DNA of 64,000 nt, taken from NCBI GenBank assembly GCA_905478415.1, contig CAJQIG010000004.1, forward strand, positions 75,523-139,522, written 5' to 3'. Source of the stretch: an uncultured Patescibacteria group bacterium. Its GTDB lineage: Bacteria > Patescibacteriota > Microgenomatia > UBA1400 > PJMF01. The position numbers were made by a program, and so were the translations under genes. The notes beneath the pieces were generated by a model. That model saw only the letters and a list, made by a program, of their open reading frames with translations. It had not been told where the DNA came from and did no database searches. Of the stretch, positions 20,342 through 28,872 are shown one piece after another. The stretch's first letter is position 1; each line of letters begins with the position of its first letter.

Positions 20342-21069
20342 GCCTCATTTCGACTAGCATTTTATCAGACCAAAGTTTGTGTCATCCAACCTGGTTGCAA
20401 TTAGAAACAACAGACACTACCACAGAAATACTCGTTTTAGAACAGCTTGAAACCCTCCTGACTGAAATTTCAAACAGAGCTCAACAGCAGAAAGTAACTC
20501 AAATTTCATTGCTATATCCAGTAGAATGGAAGACTCTCGAAGAACAATTATTGAAAAAAAAATGGCATAAAGGACTCGTAGAACTTCAGAAAGAGCTCGT
20601 CCTTCCTTTGAAAAACCGCTCTCTCAATCAAAGTATCAAGACTCATCCGCTCCCCTTTGCATCTTTACGCGAAATTCTTAAAGAACAAGCGACCTATCAC
20701 GCCACTGCGTATCCAGACTACTACGCTTCAGCCCAAACCATCGATTGGCATCGCTATGCAGCTGATATTGACGCTGATAGCACCTTACCTACTACAATTC
20801 AAGCTTCTTGGGTTGAAAACAACAAAGTTCTCGGTACCCTTATTGGAGCAAGCGATACAACAACGGCCCACATCTATGAGTTTGTCGTCGCTAAAGCAGC
20901 TCGGGGCAAAGGAGTTGGTACCCTTCTCTTAGAGAGTTTTTTACAACAAGTACCTGCCCGTGGAGCTAAAAAAACTCTCGTAGAAACCTGGTGGAATCAA
21001 CCATCACTCAGTCTCTACCTCAGGCACGGATTTACAGTAAAAAAACAAGAGTGCTATCTCCACCTATAA
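20338..21069 (+). CDS. GNAT-family N-acetyltransferase domain protein
   Basis: C-terminal motif A VVAKAARGKGVGTLLL; ATGA start/stop overlap with the Ddl-like gene. Confidence 0.55.
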   Translation: MSLISTSILSDQSLCHPTWLQLETTDTTTEILVLEQLETLLTEISNRAQQQKVTQISLLYPVEWKTLEEQLLKKKWHKGLVELQKELVLPLKNRSLNQSIKTHPLPFASLREILKEQATYHATAYPDYYASAQTIDWHRYAADIDADSTLPTTIQASWVENNKVLGTLIGASDTTTAHIYEFVVAKAARGKGVGTLLLESFLQQVPARGAKKTLVETWWNQPSLSLYLRHGFTVKKQECYLHL

Positions 21070-21322
21070 ACGGTATACTACCCTTACCAAAGAAGCCGTT
21101 ATAAACGAAAGCTATTGATGTCACAAAAACCAAAAAAGAAGCGATTAAAAAAGCCCAAAACAAAGCGAGCAGAGTTTGCACCTAAACTCTCGCTCAGTTC
21201 TCTAGCGGCTGGAAATCAACAATTTAATCAAAAAAATACCAGAACTACAAAGATTCATATCCCTCGCAAACCAAGTAGATAACCATCAAAAGCACTTTTG
21301 CAACTTTTATAAGACATTTATC

Positions 21323-21331
21323 TGGTATAAT
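21323..21331 (+). promoter_or_regulatory. Extended -10 promoter element TGgTATAAT
   Basis: TGgTATAAT read at 21323-21331, about 30 nt upstream of the 21361 start. Confidence 0.35.
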
Positions 21332-21360
21332 AGATTCTTCTTACTAAGTACATCCTAAGA

Positions 21361-21864
21361 ATGTTACGCATGAATAATTACAACAATAACTCCAATAGAT
21401 CTCAAGGTGGATACCGATCTGAAAACAGAGGCTCAAGTAGACCTCGATTTGGATCAAGAGATTCACGACAAAGTGAGATGCACGATGCAACCTGCGCTCA
21501 GTGTGGTGATAGCTGCAAAGTTCCCTTTCGTCCAACATCAGGTAAGCCAGTATTCTGTAGTAAGTGTTTCGAGAAAAAAGATCAAGGCTCATCTAACTCA
21601 AATGGCTCACGTTTTTCAGACAAGAGAAGTTTTTCTCCTCGACCTCAACAACGCCCACAAGAAGATTATTCTAAACAGCTTGGTGTCTTGAGCCATAAGA
21701 TGGATATAATCATAAAGATGCTTTCAGAAAAAAAAGTTGTAAAAAAAGCTGCTGAACCAGAAGCTGAGCAAAAAGAAGTTGCTGCTAAAACTAAGGCTGT
21801 AAAGAAAACTGCTAAACCAAAAGCTAAGAAAAAAGAGGTTGCTGTAGAAACAACAGAGGCTTAA
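21361..21864 (+). CDS. Small nucleic-acid-binding protein: N-terminal RGG-like region, CxxC...CxxC zinc ribbon (zf-trcl-like), Lys/Ala-rich histone-H1-like tail
   Basis: CAQCGDSCKVPFRPTSGKPVFCSKCF, then KKAAEPEAEQKEVAAKTKAVKKTAKPKAKKKEV. Confidence 0.55.
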   Translation: MLRMNNYNNNSNRSQGGYRSENRGSSRPRFGSRDSRQSEMHDATCAQCGDSCKVPFRPTSGKPVFCSKCFEKKDQGSSNSNGSRFSDKRSFSPRPQQRPQEDYSKQLGVLSHKMDIIIKMLSEKKVVKKAAEPEAEQKEVAAKTKAVKKTAKPKAKKKEVAVETTEA

Positions 21865-21984
21865 GAACTACTTGAACTAAGTAGGAACAGCTTCAAGAAG
21901 TTTTTCAAAAAAATAAATACATACTGCTTTTATTTATAACACTCCCTGCTCTTACTTTTAAAAAAGTAATGCTATAGTTATTCT

Positions 21985-22851
21985 ATGGCACATTCTGAAC
22001 AGGACTTTCTTGACCTCAGTGGTAAGAACCACCCTATTTCCTTTATTCCAGATCAAAAAGATGACCTTGGAGCAGGATCTGAAAAACAAAAAGAGCAAGC
22101 AATTGCCTTTTGTAAAAAAGTAGTCTATAAAGTAGAAACATATCTTCAGCATAAGTTTTCTCTGTCTGAAACAGAACTCACTGATACTCCAAAGTTTGTT
22201 TTTACTTCACTGCAAAATCATGCTGAAATAAATCCTTTAACTGGTACTATCTATGTATCCAGCGAATATCTATCAAATTTAATTCCCTTAGAACCCGTAC
22301 TTATCCACGAACTACTGCATTATTACGCCAGCCGTTGGTTTGACTTTAGAGAATTAGATCAATATCTTGTCAAAGGCAGAAAAACTGGACTTTCTATCAG
22401 GTATACTCTTGAAGGCGAGGCCGTTGATGGCTTCGGAATTTTTGATGAAGCAATTGTAGCTTTACTCACTAAAGAGATTTTTTCATTTAAAAATACTGAA
22501 TTTCCTAAGATTGAAGATAGTTACATCCTCGAACAGAAACTACTCGAAACAGTCATCACTAGGACACTTCCATTAAAAATCAAACTTTGGGATACCAATA
22601 ATGAACTCCATGACAAAATATTTACTGATTCTAACGCAGTTATTTTCGAATTGCAGAAAAGTGCGTGGGCTAAAAAGAAACCTGAACACGCACCTATTCA
22701 TCGAAATGTAGGCCGAATACTAGTTGCCTTGTTTGGAGAAAAAAATTTACATACCATTGCTACTGCAACTAGAAGACGTACCCAAGATGAATCCCCCGAT
22801 GAATATAATGCTAGAATTGTAGGTATTTTAGATATAAAAAAATCTGATTAA
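21985..22851 (+). CDS. Hypothetical protein with HExxH motif (possible metallopeptidase-like)
   Basis: LIHELLHYY contains HELLH; no other recognisable domain. Confidence 0.4.
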   Translation: MAHSEQDFLDLSGKNHPISFIPDQKDDLGAGSEKQKEQAIAFCKKVVYKVETYLQHKFSLSETELTDTPKFVFTSLQNHAEINPLTGTIYVSSEYLSNLIPLEPVLIHELLHYYASRWFDFRELDQYLVKGRKTGLSIRYTLEGEAVDGFGIFDEAIVALLTKEIFSFKNTEFPKIEDSYILEQKLLETVITRTLPLKIKLWDTNNELHDKIFTDSNAVIFELQKSAWAKKKPEHAPIHRNVGRILVALFGEKNLHTIATATRRRTQDESPDEYNARIVGILDIKKSD

Positions 22852-22858
22852 TTAAAAA

Positions 22859-22886
22859 AAGACGCCCAAATTAAGAGCGTCTTTTC
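22859..22886. terminator. Candidate bidirectional terminator between convergent genes
   Basis: AAGACGC...GCGTCTT stem flanked by an A-run and TTTT. Confidence 0.45.
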
Positions 22887-22909
22887 ATACTTAAAAACCA
22901 AATTTGACT

Positions 22910-23296
22910 CTACCGAGGTGCTTCTAACACCTCGTAGGAGAAGATGTCTGGGACCTTAATTCTGATAGGCCCAAGATAGATCATTCGGCCACGAGCTTCA
23001 AACGCAATGTAGGCATCTCTCATCATGCCATCCCAATGCATCCGTCCCCAGAAGACTCGGTACACCCGAGAATCAGTGAATTGAACCATATAATCGTGCG
23101 ATGTGGTGCAATCACCATCACTGTCACACGAAGTATTTGTTTCAACCCACTTGTCAGCCACACTGCCCTGCCCACTGGCGTCGGCAGAATAAAACCAGAT
23201 GCTGAAGATAATGATAAAACCGAAAAGTATTACATAGGCAATGCCTCGGCCACTATCTGTGCTGAACCTCGATCTTGAAGAGTAGGAATAACTCAT
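22910..23296 (-). CDS. Hypothetical small membrane-anchored protein
   Basis: One TM helix (IAYVILFGFIIIFSIWFY) plus a Cys/Asp-rich ectodomain. Confidence 0.4.
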   Translation of the reverse strand: MSYSYSSRSRFSTDSGRGIAYVILFGFIIIFSIWFYSADASGQGSVADKWVETNTSCDSDGDCTTSHDYMVQFTDSRVYRVFWGRMHWDGMMRDAYIAFEARGRMIYLGPIRIKVPDIFSYEVLEAPR

Positions 23297-23298
23297 GG

Positions 23299-23739
23299 TT
23301 ACGCCTCCCCGCGTTCATCTGCTGTTCCTTTCCAGGATAGGTAATAACCAAAACCTGTTAAAAGGATACCTAAGATAAAGAAAATTGCTTTGGGGGCAAT
23401 GATCAATAAAATAGCATTCGTAAAATATGAATATGGTATGAGTGGGATCTGTGTGGCCAGGTGTTTCAAAACCGAGCCAACAATAAAACTCACTAACGTA
23501 CCCAGTCGGGCATGCATACTCCCACTAAAGTGAGTTTTATACTGTACATTTTTATCCATGTAGTGGAATAAAATTCCCGAGCCAAAACCAATGGCCACTG
23601 GAGCGATCAAGATCGCAACCAGAATAAATGGTTTTGCAAGTACTTCGATAAACGAAAGCACCACTACCAGAACCAGTAAACCCAGCAAAGCCGCTTCCAG
23701 TTGATCGTTCTTCAAACCCTTCAAAAAGCTCATGTTCAT
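23299..23739 (-). CDS. Hypothetical 4-TM membrane protein
   Basis: Four hydrophobic helices; no recognised motif. Confidence 0.4.
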   Translation of the reverse strand: MNMSFLKGLKNDQLEAALLGLLVLVVVLSFIEVLAKPFILVAILIAPVAIGFGSGILFHYMDKNVQYKTHFSGSMHARLGTLVSFIVGSVLKHLATQIPLIPYSYFTNAILLIIAPKAIFFILGILLTGFGYYLSWKGTADERGEA

Positions 23740-24008
23740 CTCCTGTAAAAGTTAAGAAATTGTAAAGATTTTAGAGGATTGATTTCCTCAAGTAAGCAAA
23801 ACAATAGACGATACATCTACTCTTTTGCTCACTTGAGAGAATTTGTTTTAAAAGTATGTTAATGTTCAAAAGGTACCGAGAAAAGTAAATCACACGTATG
23901 GGATTTACGGCTCAACAACCTTAACCAAGTAATTATAGCAAAAAAAGCACTAAAAATCAATATTATAGGCTTTTAAAACCTATTCATATTCATATACTCT
24001 CTTAAGAA

Positions 24009-24017
24009 TGGTATGAT
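24009..24017 (+). promoter_or_regulatory. Extended -10 (TGgTATGAT) immediately upstream of hflX; implies a leaderless or near-leaderless mRNA
   Basis: TGgTATGAT ends 6 nt before ATG 24024. Confidence 0.3.
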
Positions 24018-24023
24018 CCAAGC

Positions 24024-25166
24024 ATGAACCAGAGTAAAAAAGACCATCAGCCACGCTTTCTAGTCATTCAAGTTATCCCCAAACAATCGAAAGAAAGTGA
24101 TATAGAAACCGATCTGCGTGAAACTGAACAGCTCATCAAAACATTTGGCGGCACTGTCATCAAAGAAATGATCCAGCGAATGGATCATCCAAACCCAAAT
24201 TTCTACATTGGAACTGGAAAAGTTGAAGAACTTAAACGCTGGTGTGACGCTGAGAGTATTGACATCGTAGTTGTTAATGGACTCGTTAAAAGCAGTCAAC
24301 TGTTTCGTATAGAAAAGGAGCTTTGGAGCATTTCTCCCCAAATTATGGTATGGGATCGAATTGACTTAATTCTCAATATTTTCGACCAACATGCCACTAC
24401 CATCGAATCAAAACTGCAAATTAAACTTGCCCGGGCCACCCACATGGGACCAAGAATTTATGGTCTTGGAAAGACAGAACTCTCTCGCCAGGGTGGTGGC
24501 GTTGGAACTCGTGGAAAAGGCGAAACAAATATTGAGTTTGAACGCAGGCAAATAAAAGTCGATCAGCAAAAAATCAAAAAAGAGTTAAAAAAGGTACTGA
24601 AACAAAAACAAAACAGACTTCGAAAAAGAAATGAAATGGGCATTGGCCCTGTAGCACTCGTTGGATATACCAGTGCTGGAAAGACTACGCTCTTCAACAC
24701 CCTCACCGGCAAAGAAAAAGAAATGAACAAGGGTCTCTTCACCACACTTGATACTGTGGTCGGTAAACTCAAGTCACCAAATTTTGAACAGCCAATCCTC
24801 GTTTCTGACACCATTGGTTTTATTAGTAATCTGCCTCCAGTGTTAATTGATTCGTTCAAATCAACTCTCCTTGAGTCACTGGAAGCCAAATTACTCCTCC
24901 ATGTGGTTGATGTTAATGATCCACAGATTCTTGAAAAAATTGCAGTCGTTGAAGACATTTTGAAAAGTCTTAAAGCCAATCAACCTATGATTTTAGTACT
25001 TAATAAAGTTGATTTAGTTAATAAGGAATCACTTGCTGATATTGAGAAATCAATAGAAACTTATTTTTCTGATAAAAATTCAAATCTTCAATCTATTCAA
25101 AAAATTTCTGCTCAAACTGGATCAAATATCCAAAGTCTCATTGCCGAAATTGAAGACTTCTTTTAA
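24024..25166 (+). CDS. hflX: GTPase HflX
   Basis: N-terminal HflX domain followed by a G domain (GYTSAGKTTLFN, DTIGF, NKVD). Confidence 0.9.
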   Translation: MNQSKKDHQPRFLVIQVIPKQSKESDIETDLRETEQLIKTFGGTVIKEMIQRMDHPNPNFYIGTGKVEELKRWCDAESIDIVVVNGLVKSSQLFRIEKELWSISPQIMVWDRIDLILNIFDQHATTIESKLQIKLARATHMGPRIYGLGKTELSRQGGGVGTRGKGETNIEFERRQIKVDQQKIKKELKKVLKQKQNRLRKRNEMGIGPVALVGYTSAGKTTLFNTLTGKEKEMNKGLFTTLDTVVGKLKSPNFEQPILVSDTIGFISNLPPVLIDSFKSTLLESLEAKLLLHVVDVNDPQILEKIAVVEDILKSLKANQPMILVLNKVDLVNKESLADIEKSIETYFSDKNSNLQSIQKISAQTGSNIQSLIAEIEDFF

Positions 25167-25303
25167 ACTAATGGAACCACTAGCGTATGTGTCGTTAGTT
25201 ATTTTATCGATTGGTGCCAACCTCATACCAATCGATTTTTTATATGAGTATTCATGTGTTACCCTATTAACTACAATAGTTACCAAACTAAAGGAACATT
25301 CCT

Positions 25304-25549
25304 ATGAAAACAATGACCTGCAACCAACTTGGAGGAGCTTGTGACACCCAATTTCATGCTGAAACTTTTGAAGAAATGGCTGAGCTCAGCAAAACCCATG
25401 CTATGGAGATGGCTAAAAAAAATGATGCTGCTCACATAAAAAAAATGGAAGAAATGAAAAACCTGATGATGACAACTCCAGAAAAAGCTCAAGAGTGGTT
25501 TGCAAACACAAAAAAAATGTTTGATGAACTACCGGAAGATGCATCATAA
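25304..25549 (+). CDS. DUF1059-family small protein
   Basis: MKTMTCNQLGGACDTQFHAETFEEMAELSKTHAMEM... matches the DUF1059 pattern. Confidence 0.65.
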   Translation: MKTMTCNQLGGACDTQFHAETFEEMAELSKTHAMEMAKKNDAAHIKKMEEMKNLMMTTPEKAQEWFANTKKMFDELPEDAS

Positions 25550-25586
25550 CAATTTGAAAATCAAAGAGTGATATACTATCTACTCT

Positions 25587-26483
25587 ATGCATCAAAACCT
25601 CACTGTCAAAAAAACTGATTGGAAAAACTACGAACTCATCGACACAGGTGACGGTCAAAGACTAGAAAAATTTGGTGATTATACCGTAGTTCGACCATAC
25701 CCGGAAATTACCTGGTCAAAATCACAACCGCAAAGTGTCTGGGATGCTGCTGATGCAGTTTTTATACGAACCCGTGGTGACAAGGGACGTTGGGAAACAA
25801 AAAAACAGTTACCAAAATCATGGCCAATGCACTGGCAGGATCTGACCGCGACCGTTTACCCTTCACCTTTTAAACACACTGGAGTTTTCCCTGAACAAAG
25901 TGCTCACTGGGATTGGATGCGACAGTTACTGATCGAGCAAAAAAATTCAAATCCAGAGTATCAACCACATGTTCTTAACTTATTTGCCTACACTGGCATG
26001 GCTAGTGTCGTCTGTGCAAGTACTGGTGCTAAAGTGACGCATGTTGACTCTTCACGAGCATCAATTGGGTGGGCAAAACAGAATCAAGCGGCTTCGGGGC
26101 TAGATAGTCGGTCGATCCGTTGGATTCTTGATGATGTCATAAAATTTGTCTCTAGAGAAGTAAAACGTGGCGTCACATATGATGGCATTATTATGGATCC
26201 ACCGGTATATGGCCACGGCATCACTGGAGAAATTTGGGACTTCAAATCTTCTTTTCCAGAACTGTTACATCTCTGTCGTCAAATTTTAGTGGAAGACCCG
26301 CTCTTCGTTTTGATTAATGCGTATGCTGTTTCCATTTCTTCAGAAGATTTAGAAGAAAGATTACAAAAACTCATGAAAAACCATACCGGCACTATTTCTT
26401 CAGGTGAGTTATCTTTGGAAGAAACAGAATCTAAGCGGTTGCTTTCAACTGGAATATTTGCCCGATTTGAAAACAAAGTTTAA
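25587..26483 (+). CDS. Class I SAM-dependent RNA methyltransferase (RlmI/YccW-like)
   Basis: Methylase core LFAYTGMASVV...HVDSS...IIMDPP. Confidence 0.65.
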   Translation: MHQNLTVKKTDWKNYELIDTGDGQRLEKFGDYTVVRPYPEITWSKSQPQSVWDAADAVFIRTRGDKGRWETKKQLPKSWPMHWQDLTATVYPSPFKHTGVFPEQSAHWDWMRQLLIEQKNSNPEYQPHVLNLFAYTGMASVVCASTGAKVTHVDSSRASIGWAKQNQAASGLDSRSIRWILDDVIKFVSREVKRGVTYDGIIMDPPVYGHGITGEIWDFKSSFPELLHLCRQILVEDPLFVLINAYAVSISSEDLEERLQKLMKNHTGTISSGELSLEETESKRLLSTGIFARFENKV

Positions 26484-26486
26484 AAA

Positions 26487-27785
26487 TTATACTGGATCAA
26501 ATCCCGCATACTTAAATAATTTTTTTGACTTACTCTCATAAATCCAGATAAAATTTTCATTTGGTCTGTAAAGTAAGTGCCATCTATTTACTTCTCCTTT
26601 TGATAAAGGAATTTCAATTTTTCCAACAAGATTAGTTTCTCCCACAGATCCATCCGAAGCAACACCACTCACCATTTCTTGTACTTGCGGCTCTGTTAAT
26701 CCAAGTAAAGCTGAGCCAGTCATAAGGTGCGTTCTATTTTCTCCCAAGTCTGGTCTATACTTTCTAGAACTCTCAAGATCAACTTGCTCAACCCCCGCAA
26801 TTGCATCACTTGGATCTTTCTCATGAAAATACTCGACGGTATCAAATTGCACACTGCCAAAAGGTCCTGAAACGAGAATTACATCCAGATCTTCTCTTCG
26901 TTGTAGCATTAGAACAGCGCCAGCTGCCTCAGACCAAGTAGATTGATGTATCAGTGAAATCATTCCCGTTTCCCGATTTTTGATAAGAGCTGCCCCACAC
27001 TGAACAAATCCACGACTATACATTGTTTCTCCTTGTGAGCAAAGTGTCCAACCTTCACTACCCGAAAGTAAACCCATTGTTTCCTCCTGGGTTGCAAACG
27101 GTTTGGTATATATATCATCACTTTCTGAAAACTCAACACCTTCTAGTACTTCCAAAGGTTCTCTCTGAATGCTTTCAATTTTTTCAGGCAAATAAACCAT
27201 CACTCCTTCAGGAATAATGGGTAAATACATTTCTAGAGATGCAGAGAAAATGCCATCAAGCCCCTGTTCTGCATAGAGATTCATTGATGGGTTTTGTTTA
27301 AAGTACTCAACGAATTCAGAAATGGGAACGGCTATCAAGCAGGGGTCTTTCCGTTCACCCACGTACGAGTTATACACTTTATCTGAAGCTTCATCAAAGA
27401 AAAAGGTAAAGGATCCTCTAATGCCATTTTCTAAATCTTCCATAGAACCACCTCGGTAGACATAGGGAGTATCAAATTTTTTTGAGAAAATTTCCATAAA
27501 CCTAATAACAAACGCATTCACATGGATACCTGTTTCGGGTAAATCACTAAGTTTTTCAATAGGATCTTGATTTAAGGCAGTAAGCAGTTCCTGATTTAAC
27601 TCAACAACTTCTGGCTCAAAAACTGTAGGATCTAGTAGCCAACCTGGATCTTCAAGGATCTCTAAAAGAATCTCCGCAACTACTTCATCCCATCGTTCAA
27701 TTACAATATCAGATAACTCAGCATCTTTAGCAACTCTATCAATTTGTTCTATTGCTCGCTCTGAAACTGAAATTTCGTGCATCAT
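26487..27785 (-). CDS. Hypothetical acidic protein, 432 aa
   Basis: Long ORF, no recognisable motif. Confidence 0.4.
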   Translation of the reverse strand: MMHEISVSERAIEQIDRVAKDAELSDIVIERWDEVVAEILLEILEDPGWLLDPTVFEPEVVELNQELLTALNQDPIEKLSDLPETGIHVNAFVIRFMEIFSKKFDTPYVYRGGSMEDLENGIRGSFTFFFDEASDKVYNSYVGERKDPCLIAVPISEFVEYFKQNPSMNLYAEQGLDGIFSASLEMYLPIIPEGVMVYLPEKIESIQREPLEVLEGVEFSESDDIYTKPFATQEETMGLLSGSEGWTLCSQGETMYSRGFVQCGAALIKNRETGMISLIHQSTWSEAAGAVLMLQRREDLDVILVSGPFGSVQFDTVEYFHEKDPSDAIAGVEQVDLESSRKYRPDLGENRTHLMTGSALLGLTEPQVQEMVSGVASDGSVGETNLVGKIEIPLSKGEVNRWHLLYRPNENFIWIYESKSKKLFKYAGFDPV

Positions 27786-27861
27786 GGTAAACGTTCACTC
27801 TTTAATAATTATTTGTGAAATAGCCCTACTTCACTCCCGCGGACAGTTTCTCCTATTCTGA

Positions 27862-28791
27862 TCACAGGTCTAGTCCTTTAGTAGCAAGCAATCTCAATTC
27901 AGTACCATCTGGACCTGTCTCTGCACCAAAGTTGAAAGGTTTAAAAAAGTTATCCGGAACTTTAATAGACAAGACGGCATATGACCCCCTCTCCCAATTA
28001 GACTCCACATCATCTGAATGATAGTAAGAAGCAAACATATTTTTTTCTTCTTCTGAAAAAATATCACTGGGAGTTGATAAGTAGTACGAAGCATATACTC
28101 TCGAAATGCCAGCAGCTTTCAAAGCTTCAACCGCTCTCCAAGTAATAGCAGTCACCATGACCTCAAACTTGAGATCTGGACGGGCATTTAAGATGCTTTT
28201 TATATTTGTCACTATTCTTGCACCAGAGTATGAGGCATCATCATAAACAACTACTGTAGATCCAAGCGGATACTTTTCTGTACTGTTCAGTCCCTCACTC
28301 CCATCATCATCGTAGTAGTCATCTGCTGTCACAAATGTTATGTTTTCTGACTGAGGACTCACAATAGGTTGAAAAACATCCATTGCAGCAATTTTAAAAC
28401 CACTCTCACCAATCATGTCCGGCAAAACTATTACTGGCGATTCTTCTGCCAACTGCTCTATTTTTTCTACAATTTGAGAAATTGCCTCAATAAACTGAGC
28501 TCTATTCACAACCTCAACTTTAGAAAACACTTTTTTCAATAAATCTAAATCTTGCTCCTGTTCAGTCCAGTTTGCAATAAATGCTCTCAGCATGTCCTGA
28601 GGCTGTAATACATTTCGCTCCTCCGCAGGCAGCTCAATAATGGTACCAGGAAGTGAGAGTTGTTCTTTGAGTGCAGCTTTATCGATATCACCCTCCAGAG
28701 AAATTTCGACAAGTGGAGCTAGATGATTCTGGCCCACTTCTTTGTTTTTATCATGCTCACCAGTAACTGCTGCTATCTTAGTTTCGTTCAT
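27862..28791 (-). CDS. Hypothetical protein with possible PRTase-like motif
   Basis: TVVVYDDASYSGARIV resembles the PRPP-binding loop of phosphoribosyltransferases; weak. Confidence 0.35.
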   Translation of the reverse strand: MNETKIAAVTGEHDKNKEVGQNHLAPLVEISLEGDIDKAALKEQLSLPGTIIELPAEERNVLQPQDMLRAFIANWTEQEQDLDLLKKVFSKVEVVNRAQFIEAISQIVEKIEQLAEESPVIVLPDMIGESGFKIAAMDVFQPIVSPQSENITFVTADDYYDDDGSEGLNSTEKYPLGSTVVVYDDASYSGARIVTNIKSILNARPDLKFEVMVTAITWRAVEALKAAGISRVYASYYLSTPSDIFSEEEKNMFASYYHSDDVESNWERGSYAVLSIKVPDNFFKPFNFGAETGPDGTELRLLATKGLDL

Positions 28792-28872
28792 TACACTACT
28801 CTTTCTTCATCAGAATATCCTAAAAAAAGAGGGAAGACAAGATCGAGCATTTTTAAGGTATAATCATCCTTC

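Noticed and set aside
21298-21303. TTGCAA as the -35 for the 21361 gene
   Set aside because: The spacer to TATAAT would be 22 nt; the promoter more likely relies on the extended -10 (TGn).
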